DNA of 64,000 bases from Candidatus Latescibacterota bacterium (GTDB taxonomy: Bacteria > Latescibacterota > UBA2968 > GCA-2709665). This document shows positions 19,364-29,800 of this stretch, piece after piece. The DNA lies in the NCBI GenBank assembly GCA_965237675.1, contig OZ250150.1, forward strand, positions 992,001-1,056,000. Direction: 5' to 3'. The notes under the pieces were generated by a model that was given only the letters and a program-made list of their open reading frames with translations, was not told the origin of the DNA and did not search any database. Position numbers and translations under genes: made by a program. Within the stretch, counting starts at the first letter, position 1. Every line of letters starts with the position of its first letter.

Positions 19364-20095
19364 TTACCGCCAGTCTGCGTGTGCCAGTGGCGCACGGTTG
19401 AGTTCGTCCCTATGATAGCGCCACAGTGGCATAAACCTGTCCATCAGCTTCCAAAATCGAACGTTGTGACGGCGCTCAATCAAGTGCACCATCTCATGTA
19501 CAACGACGTAATCAAGGCAGGGTGGGGGTTTCTTTGCCAGTTCGAGATTCAGCCAGATTCGGCGGGCAACCGGGTTGCAGGTTCCCCAACGGGTCTTCAT
19601 CTTTCTGATGCGAACCTCATTGACCCGCACACCCACTTCGGGCTCCCATTTCGCAACAAGGCCGGGTAGACGATCACGGAGATGGCGTCGGTACCATCGA
19701 TCCAGTACGGCCTCTCTGATATTCCGCTCGGCGCCCGGTCGAACGCATATTGCCATCGTAGACTTATTAAGGAGATGAACCACAGGTGGACCGTCCCGTT
19801 CCGTTACATCGAGCCGGTAGCGCCGGCCCTCGAAATAATGGCTTTCACCTGTCGCGAATTCCCGCTGGGACTGGCGACCCTGCTGCTGGAATTTCGCCTT
19901 TTGGCGACCAATCCAGCCGAGGCGGGAAATGACAGCCATGCGCACCGCGTCGTCATCAAGGCGGAGCGGAGCGGCCACTCTTACCCGACCGTTCGGCGGG
20001 TAAACCCCTATGTGGAGGTTCTTGATGTCCTTGTGGACGACGTCTACCGCAGTCCCCCGTACCTCGATGCTGTAGGTTTTCCTCTCAGTATTCAC
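19364..20095 (-). CDS. M48/YgjP (DUF45, SprT-like) metallo-hydrolase associated with type I R-M
   Basis: MKTRWGTC, YVVVHEMVH (HExxH), H...FW; overlaps the hsdR stop. Confidence 0.9.
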   Translation of the reverse strand: MNTERKTYSIEVRGTAVDVVHKDIKNLHIGVYPPNGRVRVAAPLRLDDDAVRMAVISRLGWIGRQKAKFQQQGRQSQREFATGESHYFEGRRYRLDVTERDGPPVVHLLNKSTMAICVRPGAERNIREAVLDRWYRRHLRDRLPGLVAKWEPEVGVRVNEVRIRKMKTRWGTCNPVARRIWLNLELAKKPPPCLDYVVVHEMVHLIERRHNVRFWKLMDRFMPLWRYHRDELNRAPLAHADWR

Positions 20096-23000
20096 TCTGC
20101 GCCTTTACAATCTCGAATATGTGGTACACGAGGTCCTCGTTGTCACCGAGTTGAGACTTGATAGCATTGCGGACTTCCCGTTCTTTAAATCTGTTTCCTC
20201 GCCAGTCCGCTTTCTTGACGCTTCGGATGGCGTGATCCACAGCGACCGCCTTCGAGGTAAGTTCATCCGTGGAAAGCTCCGTCCCTGAGTGCGCATGCGG
20301 TCTGTCTTGCCCGACCGCGGCACCCTGCAAGTTATCGAATAGAGACCTGAGCGTGGTGCTGTCGATTCCCGACGGATATGTCGTCTCGGATTCAGGGCTG
20401 CTGACTTTCCTGGCCAGCTCAATAATTCTCGCAAGGTACATCTTGTAGTCGAGGCTTTCCTGTTTGCGCTGGAGGATCAGGGCGTCGAGCAACTCAGACA
20501 TCTTGCCGTAGTATTTCGGGTTGACCGGGGTCTCGTCGATGATAAGACGTCGGACGTTGTTCTCTATCGTCTCGGCCACCGCCTCTCGATCGTTGCGGAT
20601 ACCTGCTGGAAGCGCATCTAACGCCTTGTCACCTTGCTTGACAATAAGTTGTACAAGGGTCAGGTCGTCAAACGCTGAGACCTTTTCGCTCTCCTCGGCG
20701 CGGATGTACGTGTCGAGGAGGTGCCGCATGGAAGGCTCATACATCTTCAGGTCAATGTAGTCACCGCTCGCGAGCTTGATCTCCTTGCGGACATTTTCGT
20801 AGTGGCTCACCTCGGCTTTGATTTCTTCCGCCTCGGCCTCGCTGTAGCCGGCGTTGGACATCTCGTTGGCCAGGTTGGCGTACGCTCGTAGAAACGCCGC
20901 AGTCCGCTTATACAGAGCTACCCGCCGTGGCTCACTTTCCTTGAGGTACTCGACATTGCCACTATCGGTACCGCAGAAGAAACGCCGATACGCCGTGGTG
21001 TCACGTGGCGGCTCGACCGGCTCGCACAGCGCTTTGACCGCCTCGCGTGTTTCCTCCAGCCGCTCCCGGCCCTGCTTGAGTCGATCCTTGAGCAACCCCC
21101 TCACGTCGGCCTCGTCGTACCCGCCGAATGCTTCACCGGTATAGTCCTGTATCGACTGCTCCAGCGAGCGGAATAGGTCCTTGTAGTCGACGATGTATCC
21201 GTATTCTTTGTCCTCGCCGTCGAGGCGGTTGACACGGCAGATCGCCTGGAAGAGCCCATGGTCCTGCATGTGTTTGTCGATGTAAAGATACGTCGCAGAT
21301 GGTGCATCGAAACCGGTCAGCAGCTTATCCACCACAATCAGTAATTTCATCTGACCCGGTTCCTTGACGAAACGCTTCTTTACCTCGTGTTCGAACCGCT
21401 CAACCTTGTTCATCGCGGTGTCTTCGGGCTCGCCGAAGTGCGCCGAAAGCATCTCTCGGTAGATGTCGTACTGTCGTAGCTTTTCGGTAAGCCCCTCTCC
21501 GGTCTCCTCACCTTTTATGTCCGCGGGGGACGGTTTGTAGGACGTGACAATGGCGCACTTATCCGCCAGATCGGTCTGTTGTAACATCTCGAAGAAGCGA
21601 CAGGCTGAGTGGATGCTGCCAGAGACGAGCATGGCGTTGCCGTGACCGCTCTTCAGGCGGTCGCGCGTCTCCATATCGAGCAGGATATCGGCGACAATCT
21701 TCTCCAATCGATCCCGCGCACTCAGAACTTTCCGTATCGTGCCCCAGCGCTCCTTGAGTTGTGCCTTCGCGACGTCGGTCAATCCTTGTGTCTTGATTTC
21801 GAACCACTGATCTATATTCTCCTGCGAGGTGATATTCTGATCGATGTCACGAGCCTCGTAGCGCAAGTCCAGCACCACGCCGTCGCGCACTGCTTCGTCG
21901 TACTTGTAGGTGTGGATGTAGGTCCCGAAGGTCTCGATGCTTCGGCGTTTGTCAGACTTGAGTAACGGGGTTCCGGTAAAGCCGATCAGCATCGCGCCGG
22001 GCAACATGGCCTTCATCGCCTCGTGTAGTTTCCCGGACTGGGTACGGTGGCATTCGTCCACGAAGATAAAAATATCGCCCTTGGCCCGGAAACCACTGGG
22101 TAGATTCTTCCTGATCTCCTCGACGTAGGATTCAATGTCCCTCTCGCTGATGTCCTCGGTGGTGCCGAACTTGTGAATCAGCGAGCCGATCAGCCACTCG
22201 TCAGGTTTGTTTAGCACCTGCACCAGATCCGCTCCGCTATTCGTGCGGTAGATGTCCTCGCTGACACCATTGAAAACAGCCTCAATTTGCTCATCCAACT
22301 CGGTGCGATCCGTGATCAGAAGAACCCTTGCTTCGGCGACATTTTCGCGAATCCATTTCGCCAGCCAGACCATGGACAGGCTTTTGCCGCTGCCTTGCGT
22401 GTGCCAGATGATGCCGCCCTCCCGACTATTCACTCGCTCTTGGGCGGCCTGCACACCGAAGTACTGGTTGTGGCGACAAATCTTCTTAACACCAGCGTCA
22501 AAGACGACAAAGTCGTGTATGATCTCGAGTAACCGCTGTTTGCTGCAGAGTTGGGCCAGTTCACGCAACAGTGGATTGTCGCCGGCAGCCGGGTTAGCTT
22601 CCACTTCTTTCCAGTGCAGCCAGTATTTCTCCGGCGTCTCGATCACGCCATAGCGCAATCCCTCGGTCTCATTGCCAGCCATCAAAAGTTGTACCGTTGT
22701 GAAGAATGGCCGGATGAATTCCTTCCTTTGGTTGTCGAGGTTCTGACGAATGCCCTCTGTCACCGATACCGTCGAGCGCTTCAGTTCCAGGATCCCGACG
22801 GCAATCCCATTGACGTACAGTACGACGTCGGGTCGCTTGCTGTTCGTAGCTGAGACCGAAACCTCCTCGGCGATTGCAAAGTCGTTATTGCCGGGATTCT
22901 CCCAATCGATCAACCAGACAGTGACGTTCGGTTCGCCCACATCCGGCCGGATCTTTACGCCGTAGCGGAGCAGGCCGTACACCTCTCGGTTGGCCTCGTA

Positions 23001-23234
23001 AAGCGTCTTGCTACCACCAAGCGCCGCTGCCTTGTCCAGTTCGCGCAGCGCCTTGTCGATGATCTTCTCGCTGCGGCCCTGACGCTTGAGCCAGTCGGTG
23101 AGCAGACCCTTCTCGATATTTACATTGTCGGCGCGGTCATGCCAGTTGCCCAAGTAGGCATAGCCCAACACATCGCTGTAGAATGCAATCACGCGCTTCT
23201 GCGTGCGGATTTCCCGTTGGCCGACGGTGCTCAT
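20085..23234 (-). CDS. hsdR: Type I restriction endonuclease subunit R
   Basis: RPD..LYVNG...ELK nuclease motif, HTQGSGKS, DECHR, FTGTP, LLTGFD, QAICRVNR. Confidence 0.96.
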   Translation of the reverse strand: MSTVGQREIRTQKRVIAFYSDVLGYAYLGNWHDRADNVNIEKGLLTDWLKRQGRSEKIIDKALRELDKAAALGGSKTLYEANREVYGLLRYGVKIRPDVGEPNVTVWLIDWENPGNNDFAIAEEVSVSATNSKRPDVVLYVNGIAVGILELKRSTVSVTEGIRQNLDNQRKEFIRPFFTTVQLLMAGNETEGLRYGVIETPEKYWLHWKEVEANPAAGDNPLLRELAQLCSKQRLLEIIHDFVVFDAGVKKICRHNQYFGVQAAQERVNSREGGIIWHTQGSGKSLSMVWLAKWIRENVAEARVLLITDRTELDEQIEAVFNGVSEDIYRTNSGADLVQVLNKPDEWLIGSLIHKFGTTEDISERDIESYVEEIRKNLPSGFRAKGDIFIFVDECHRTQSGKLHEAMKAMLPGAMLIGFTGTPLLKSDKRRSIETFGTYIHTYKYDEAVRDGVVLDLRYEARDIDQNITSQENIDQWFEIKTQGLTDVAKAQLKERWGTIRKVLSARDRLEKIVADILLDMETRDRLKSGHGNAMLVSGSIHSACRFFEMLQQTDLADKCAIVTSYKPSPADIKGEETGEGLTEKLRQYDIYREMLSAHFGEPEDTAMNKVERFEHEVKKRFVKEPGQMKLLIVVDKLLTGFDAPSATYLYIDKHMQDHGLFQAICRVNRLDGEDKEYGYIVDYKDLFRSLEQSIQDYTGEAFGGYDEADVRGLLKDRLKQGRERLEETREAVKALCEPVEPPRDTTAYRRFFCGTDSGNVEYLKESEPRRVALYKRTAAFLRAYANLANEMSNAGYSEAEAEEIKAEVSHYENVRKEIKLASGDYIDLKMYEPSMRHLLDTYIRAEESEKVSAFDDLTLVQLIVKQGDKALDALPAGIRNDREAVAETIENNVRRLIIDETPVNPKYYGKMSELLDALILQRKQESLDYKMYLARIIELARKVSSPESETTYPSGIDSTTLRSLFDNLQGAAVGQDRPHAHSGTELSTDELTSKAVAVDHAIRSVKKADWRGNRFKEREVRNAIKSQLGDNEDLVYHIFEIVKAQSEY

Positions 23235-23401
23235 ATATCACCGCTCATCATTTTTGAGTGGGCAAGGCAGCCTTCGCCGTATCCGATAACCGATACTTCC
23301 GCGTCCGGTCTTGTCGTCCTGGTGATCCAATTCGTCATCTTTACGACCAACGACTGCGCGCCGCCGTTTTCTGCAATATTCATCCTCACTGTCACTTCCA
23401 T
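23231..23401 (-). CDS. 56-aa hypothetical ORF translationally coupled to hsdR
   Basis: GGAG RBS close to ATG 23401; stop overlaps the hsdR start (ATGA); MEVTVRMNIAENGGAQSLVVKMTNWITRTTRPDAEVSVIGYGEGCLAHSKMMSGDI. Confidence 0.4.
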   Translation of the reverse strand: MEVTVRMNIAENGGAQSLVVKMTNWITRTTRPDAEVSVIGYGEGCLAHSKMMSGDI

Positions 23402-23578
23402 ATTCTCCACTCCGACTCAAGATACTACACTAAACTCGGATGGGGAGTTCTCTTTTCATATATTGGCGCGTAGGGGGGAGTTGACGCGCAATGTGCTTTT
23501 TGCGGCGTGGATTGTGAATTGAAATTGTTCCAGTGGGTCAAGTTATCCAGGCACCTGTTACCATCGCATCTCTCGCGG

Positions 23579-24349
23579 TTAGGTGCTCTGCTTCAAATAG
23601 TTGGCGATTCTTTCGCGGTTTGAGGTAAGGCTGGAGAATTGCTTCTCGCAGACGTCGCTGAAGCGGGCTAACACTTTGCGACTGATCGACTCCTGGTCTT
23701 CGAAAATGGCAAGTGAACGAAACGGGATCACCCACCGTTCGAATTGGAGAAGCGCGATCGTAGCGTCTCGGGTTCTGCCGTCATTAGCAAGTGCGTGAAC
23801 GAACAACGGCCGATGCAAACCGTTAACTCGACAGTCCACGGTGTACATCCCTTGAGGATCACGTTCAGGATCGCTCCAGTCAAAACTCCTGCGCTCTTCC
23901 GGAACGGTCTCACTCATCACCGTACGAAAATCGTCCATAAATGTGGACAGAACCCGTTCCCTCGACAGGTACGACACGTCGGATATCTTGAGTAGCCCCT
24001 GCACAAACGAATATAGTGCGTCACCGTAACGCTCCTCCGGTACGTCGAGTACTAACTCTCCATCGCGGTCCTCGATCTGAAACATGGACAGCGCATTGGA
24101 GATGATCTTTTGACGCGTGCCGCTATGAAGATCCTTCTCATCGATGTCGTAAGTCAGATGCATGTACGTATGCGCCTCATCGGAAAGCACCCAACGCGCT
24201 CCGTCCTTCCTTAGAACGATGCCCAGGTGATCACCGTCGTCGAATTGGAACGGGGTGAACACGCGGAACCGTTCCATACCCTCGGCTGCAAGCCGAATCT
24301 TCGACGAAACCTTCTCGTGAAAATCTCTCTCTATGGTCTGGACGGACAT
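23579..24349 (-). CDS. DUF1828-domain protein with REase-like C-terminal region
   Basis: TPF.FDDGDHL.I....LSDE N-terminus typical of DUF1828; C-terminal YTVDC...LFV segment. Confidence 0.7.
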   Translation of the reverse strand: MSVQTIERDFHEKVSSKIRLAAEGMERFRVFTPFQFDDGDHLGIVLRKDGARWVLSDEAHTYMHLTYDIDEKDLHSGTRQKIISNALSMFQIEDRDGELVLDVPEERYGDALYSFVQGLLKISDVSYLSRERVLSTFMDDFRTVMSETVPEERRSFDWSDPERDPQGMYTVDCRVNGLHRPLFVHALANDGRTRDATIALLQFERWVIPFRSLAIFEDQESISRKVLARFSDVCEKQFSSLTSNRERIANYLKQST

Positions 24350-24352
24350 TGG

Positions 24353-24835
24353 TTACCTCTCCTCAAATAGGTCGCTCTGCAGCTCCGGCGGTATCACAAG
24401 ATTCGCATCGTCAATCAGACAGCGAAGGACGCCGTGATAGTCTCCGTATCGGTCCGTTGGCTCGGCGTACGCGTCCTCCCGGGTTCCAAATTCCTGATAC
24501 CGCTCCTTCGCGACGTGAATATGAAAGTCATAGAACTTCACGCCTTCGATTTTGTTCGTATGTTCTTGGCTTTTGCCGTTGTAACGCCGGAGGCGGAAGA
24601 ACTGGCTTGACCCCGGTACTCGAACAGCCAGAATAACTGAGAAGTCGAGCGCATTGATCTTATTCTGCCTGAGGATCAGACGGAATTCGCCGCCCGTATC
24701 ACCGGCTAAATCGAGGTGCTGTTCGTCGTGGCCACGCTTGGACTTTAGACGAATCCGGCTGCGCCAATCCGGAGGCAGGAGCTTGCGCTCTTGTATCAAC
24801 GACTCTATCTCATGTTCCAAGAACATTACCGCCAT
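24353..24835 (-). CDS. Hypothetical protein (DUF6978-like), upstream partner of DUF1828
   Basis: LRRYNG..EHTN......FHIH His-rich motif; 3 nt from the DUF1828 start, with GAGGAG RBS inside its 3' end. Confidence 0.6.
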   Translation of the reverse strand: MAVMFLEHEIESLIQERKLLPPDWRSRIRLKSKRGHDEQHLDLAGDTGGEFRLILRQNKINALDFSVILAVRVPGSSQFFRLRRYNGKSQEHTNKIEGVKFYDFHIHVAKERYQEFGTREDAYAEPTDRYGDYHGVLRCLIDDANLVIPPELQSDLFEER

Positions 24836-24898
24836 GACGATTACAATTCGATGGGCCGCACCCGGCCGGTGAGAAGGGGTCGCATCCTTTGTCCGACT

Positions 24899-25207
24899 CG
24901 GACGACCGAAGCCGTTTTGGAGATCAATCCTATCTCGCGAAACTTTTCATAGCACCGAGGCGAAACCCTGGTTCCAGAATTCCTGCCGCCACCGTTTCAC
25001 CTGCTCAGTAGATGGGTCTTTCCTTTCGTGCTTGAAGTAGACGGTGAGCGCCGAGTCGCTGCGCCACAAGGCATCGGGTTTAAACTCCCGGGCCTGGCAC
25101 CTGGAACGCGCGTCGTCTTCGAGGTACACACCATGTGCTGGTGCACCATTGTCCAAATAGCCTGTGGCTTCAAGTACTTGGCCTAAGGATTGGGCGATCA
25201 TCCGCAC
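24899..25207 (-). pseudogene. N-terminal remnant of an N6 DNA methylase/type IIG-like R-M protein
   Basis: PDA.W......VYFK...W.QE.WNQGFA..L*..S.DRIDL.NGFGRP; TGA where Trp is expected, then the similarity ends. Confidence 0.5.
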
Positions 25208-25519
25208 TTCCTCACACTAATGCGAGTCCTATTGAGACGGCAATATACACTATTATAGTCACAAAGGGCTTGGCATTCAACAAAACCTGCGACTTTGTGC
25301 GATTTTTCACCAAATTCGACGCTTTGCGCTGATGAATATGCGAAAATTGGATCATATCCCACTATGTTGAGAGGAGAAGGTCTCTACGGACGGGATTATA
25401 CCTACTCTTAGCAGAAACAGAAGATGCTACGATGTAAATTGGATACGGCAGTCGCGTCGTCCCGGAGGGCATCAAAACTAAAAACTCTTGGGGGAGGATC
25501 TCGGGGTGGCCGACGGTTC

Positions 25520-26371
25520 TCATAAACCATCGTCCGGATGGCGCTTTTTGAAACCTTCGCGCCATGTCTTAAGCGACTCCAAGTCTGCGCGGAGTTCCGC
25601 CTCGTCGGGAATGAAAACCGGCGCTTCCATCGACTGACTGTGCTCATAGGAGGAATACTTGGTCATTAGATTATCGATTAACCTGCAGTCTTCAGGATTG
25701 ACGCTTGCCAGTCGCTTGAGTCTATTGTCGGTCGTGACACTCCTTCGGTGGCGCCGTACGACTTGGTTAAGTAGGTCATCTTCGACTGTCCGCTCCAGAA
25801 GCTTGCGAAAATCAGTGCAAACCGCTTGCGCATGGATCCGGTAGGCATTGGAGCCCTCCGTTTCTCCGGCCTTTTTGGCTGCGTCAAGACGATCCAAGAG
25901 GATATTGTTGCCCTTCTTGGTGTTGACATTCCAGACAGCGTCATCCGCCGGGTGCCCTGCGGCGCCTGAAAACGATTCAATGCAGCGTTGCTCTAAGTGT
26001 TTCCTCTTCCAACCTTCACCAACCTTTTTTGCGGCATCCTCCATCGCACCATAAAGAGAAAGCCGGTGTGTGAACACCAGGACCTGACGACTCTGTGCGA
26101 GTTTCGCAAGCCGAGTTGCCACGCGCCACTCGAATTCTTGATCCAGCGACGAGATCGGATCGTCAAAAATGAATGGCGCCGCGTGGGGCTTCTCTGCCAC
26201 ATCGGCCAAAAAAGCCGCCAGAGAAACGACCCGACGCTCTCCTTCGCTCAGGACCGCGGCGGGAGCGTTCTCCGTCGTAGGTTGTACACCCTTCAGGCGG
26301 AGCCCATGGAGTGCTTGTCCTTTTTTCGTCTGGGTCTTGATGAGTTCGACCTTTATTCGCGACGCGCCTAG
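25520..26371 (-). pseudogene. 3' half of IS-disrupted RloC-like ABC ATPase (signature, Walker B, HEPN-like tail)
   Basis: LGASRIKVEL..., LSEGERR, FIFDDPISSLD, VFTH; joins in frame to the 5' half across the CTAG duplication. Confidence 0.85.
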
Positions 26372-28059
26372 CCTGAATAATTCACAAAAAAGGTAGTTTC
26401 CATACCCAAGTCATTGTATTATATTATGGTTACGCAAATAACCTAATAACAATGAAACAGGAGGAAACTACCGTGGGAGTTCAAGATAAACATCACAGGT
26501 TGTCTTTCGCAAGTCTTTCTGGTAGGCAGGTAGAAGCCACGTTCGACGGGGGCGTGCTGACGACCGACGTCGGGGTGATGCTGCTTCGTGAGGTCGAGGC
26601 CAATGTCGGCATTTTGCATCGGATGGTTGCGGCGCTCACCGATCATCGACATCAAAGTTACGTACATCATTCGATGATGGACCTGATCAAACAACGTGTC
26701 TTTCAGATGGCCTGTGGGTATGAGGATGCGAATGATTGCAAGACGTTACGCGAGGACCCCGGCTTCAAGGCGGCCTGTGATCGGTTGCCGTTGTCTGGCG
26801 CGGACCTGGCCAGTCAGCCCACGATGAGTCGGTTCGAGAACCGCATCAGCAGAACCGATTTGTATCGGATCGCCAAGGCCTTTGCGGATGTGTTTGTCGC
26901 CTCGTATGAGGAACCGCCGGAAGCCATTCTGTTGGACATCGATGACACCGAAGACAAGGTGCATGGGTCTCAACAGTTGTCGTTGTTCAATGCGTATTTC
27001 AATGGCTATTGCTACCAGCCCCTGCATATCTATGAAGGCCAAACCGGCAAGTTGATCACGACGGTCTTGCGTCCTGGCAGGCGGCCTGCGGGTAAAGAGA
27101 TCGTCACCATCCTCAAACGGGTGATCGCCTACCTGCGTAAAGCCTGGCCCGACGTGGAGATCCTGTTACGTGGCGATGCGCATTTTTCGTGTCCGGAAGT
27201 GCACGTGTTGTGTGAGGAAGAAGATGTGTATTTTGTCCTCGGACAGAACGGCAACGCCAAACTCCTGCGGAAGGCACAGTCCTTGATAGACCAGGCCAAA
27301 ACGCGGTATGCCGATTCCGGAGAAACCGTGCGCCTTTATCGCTGTTGGGCCTATCAGGCCGGCACCTGGGCGTGTCCACAACGCATCGTCTGCAAGGCGG
27401 AAGTGACACCGCAAGGTGTCAATATCCGATTCGTGGTCACCAACCTGAAGCGCGCCCAACCGTCATTCATCTACAAAACCGCCTATTGCACACGCGGCAG
27501 GATGGAAAACTTCATCAAAAATCACAAGACCTTTCTCCATTCCGATCGCACCTCTTGTCACACCTTCCAGGCCAATCACTTCCGTCTCTTTCTCCACAGC
27601 GCCGCCTATGTCCTGATGCACAGCCTGGCTGCAATCGGATTGCGCGGCACGAAGTGGACCAACGCACAGTTCAATACCCTGCAAAATCGTCTCTTGAAAG
27701 TCGCCGGGCGCGTTTGTGAGTTGAAAACTAAAATCAAGTTCCATCTGCCAACGGCGTTTCCACTCAAACACCTTTATGGCAAGATCCTCTATAATCTGGC
27801 AACGGGTGTTCCATAACCCATCGACGTGCTGACCCCGCCTTCACATTTGCATCGACCACCACCAAAGGTCATGGAGAAGTCTGTGCGCTTGACACGGGCA
27901 TCGAGGTCAACCTGACGTCACGAGGCAAAGCAGGCGCCGCCCAAACGGCTTGAACACGCCAAATCCGTCACAGCCCATGCGCTTTCGTTTCTTGTCTCAC
28001 TCGGAAGCTCTTTCTGCTTCCTTAAAATGCTCTATCTGACGATTCATGAATTAATCGGG
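26372..28059 (+). mobile_element. IS1380-family insertion sequence (1688 bp)
   Basis: IRL CCTGAATAATTCA and IRR (reverse complement) CCCGATTAATTCA match 11/13; CTAG direct repeats at 26368-26371 and 28060-28063. Confidence 0.92.
26452..27816 (+). CDS. IS1380-family DDE transposase
   Basis: FDGG..T.D.G, GYED.ND...LR.DP, LASQPTMSR.EN, LDIDDT, RGDAHF, RG.MEN.IK. Confidence 0.95.
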   Translation: MKQEETTVGVQDKHHRLSFASLSGRQVEATFDGGVLTTDVGVMLLREVEANVGILHRMVAALTDHRHQSYVHHSMMDLIKQRVFQMACGYEDANDCKTLREDPGFKAACDRLPLSGADLASQPTMSRFENRISRTDLYRIAKAFADVFVASYEEPPEAILLDIDDTEDKVHGSQQLSLFNAYFNGYCYQPLHIYEGQTGKLITTVLRPGRRPAGKEIVTILKRVIAYLRKAWPDVEILLRGDAHFSCPEVHVLCEEEDVYFVLGQNGNAKLLRKAQSLIDQAKTRYADSGETVRLYRCWAYQAGTWACPQRIVCKAEVTPQGVNIRFVVTNLKRAQPSFIYKTAYCTRGRMENFIKNHKTFLHSDRTSCHTFQANHFRLFLHSAAYVLMHSLAAIGLRGTKWTNAQFNTLQNRLLKVAGRVCELKTKIKFHLPTAFPLKHLYGKILYNLATGVP

Positions 28060-29800
28060 CTAGATCTCCCAGTTCTTCGTTGAACCGATCCACATACGCC
28101 TGCGTGATGACCTTCTCGGCCACATATCCAGCCTTTAGGGATATTCTCCGTGAGTTTGCCAGTCGCTCCCATTCGTCATAATCCTTGATTTTCTTTAGAC
28201 GAACGATTTCACGGCGAATTGCAGTCGCTTGCTGCGCCGTCCAGCGCCGAGCCTCCAGATTCAGCTTGTCTTGGCCTGCCTGTTCTCGATCGAAGTTCTT
28301 CGCATCCTCGTCATTTTGCAGTGCATCGCGTTCCAGTAATTCGGAACGTTTCGCCATCGCGGACAAGAGTTCATCAGGCCGTTCTATGGCAACAGCTTTT
28401 CCATCTTTTTCTCCGTTCAAGAGATCCTCACACGTCCTGTCCACTTTGTCCCAAAAGGATCCAAGTTTGTCGGTCCAACCACCTTCGGTCAACCCGGCAG
28501 CTTCACACCTCGTGCGAATCTCCTCGTTATTCCATTTCTTCGGTAGTTGCGCCAATGCCGCACTGTAGGCTTCTTCAGCCGTCTTGGCTTCAGTTTCAAC
28601 AACACCCTGGACGAATGTCTCGAATTCCTGCAGACGATTCTGTGCCTCTTGAGCCAATTCCTGATGGCACAAGACGCACCGCGCGCCGTCTTCCGTAACG
28701 GGATAGTCTCGTCCCGGGTAGGCTATTTGAGAATAGACGCGTGCTGCCTCCCAAAGAGCGTTCCACGTTTCTGTCCCGACCCCGTCAAACTTGGCATTGC
28801 TTAAGAGGGCGGCCTCTGTCGCAATCTTGCGTTTATAATCTGCGCTTTTTCGAGCATCCCTAAGAGCTTCCACCTGTCGCTTACTTACGGCATCCGCCGC
28901 GTTTTTAAGCTGCACTCTGAGTTGGTCCAGTTGGTCCTTTGTGTTGCGCTTCAATTCCGCCAGCTTTGCCGGTTCGTCAGCACTGAGGCGTTCTGTCAAT
29001 TTCTCGAGTTCCTCTTCGTTATCCTTCCCCCAGTCCGTTAGGCGCTGGATATCTTGCTCGCTGAGATCGTGTCTCAACGCGGCAAACGCTTTACCAGCGC
29101 CAGTGTTGTAATAATCTGGAGGTAAATTGGGGAGCGCGCTGACCAAAAGATTCCGTTCGCTTTGAAGCCTCCCTTTGACTCTGTCACACACAGTTGCTAA
29201 TTCCTCGAACAAGGTGACAGCTGGTGGCGTGTAGGAGATTGCTTTCTCCTTGCTGATGTAGAAGGCAGCAGCATCAGCGTCGAATATGTCGACAGCTCTG
29301 AGGTCATCTAACGTAGCGTCTGTCGGCTGCCAAGTAACTGATTGGTCTCTTCCTGCCATCATGTACCGTATCCGGCATTCCCGCTTCACAGGCCGACTTT
29401 CATAAACGTTTGATCTGATCTCTGGTGCGTTGGGCTTGCCGCACGCTCGCTTGAGAATGCGGGTGTAACCGGATTTTCCCGAACCGTTGGGACCGTAGAT
29501 CACTGAAAGATTACCGGTTCCAAAGACAAGAGGACTGTTGGGACATAGATTCTCAATACCACAGATATCGCCTATTTCCAGGAGGTGAACCTCGGCCGAG
29601 GATGCGGAAGCAGAAACTATGCCCTCGAAGTTCCGGTGAGCGGTTATCTGCTGCCCTGCTGTGGTCTTGAGACGCTGAGCAATGGCCACGACGTCACGAT
29701 CCGACAAGCTACCCGAAGCGAGCAGTTTCTCGGCCGCTTCCTGAAGCCAATCCTGTTGCTGGTGAAGCCATCTACGTATTTCCGGTTCAACATTAGGCAT
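28060..29800 (-). pseudogene. 5' half of IS-disrupted RloC-like ABC ATPase (Walker A, coiled coil, zinc hook)
   Basis: ATG 29800 overlaps the hsdS end; YGPNGSGKSG, IFD, CVLCHQ hook within coiled coils. Confidence 0.85.
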
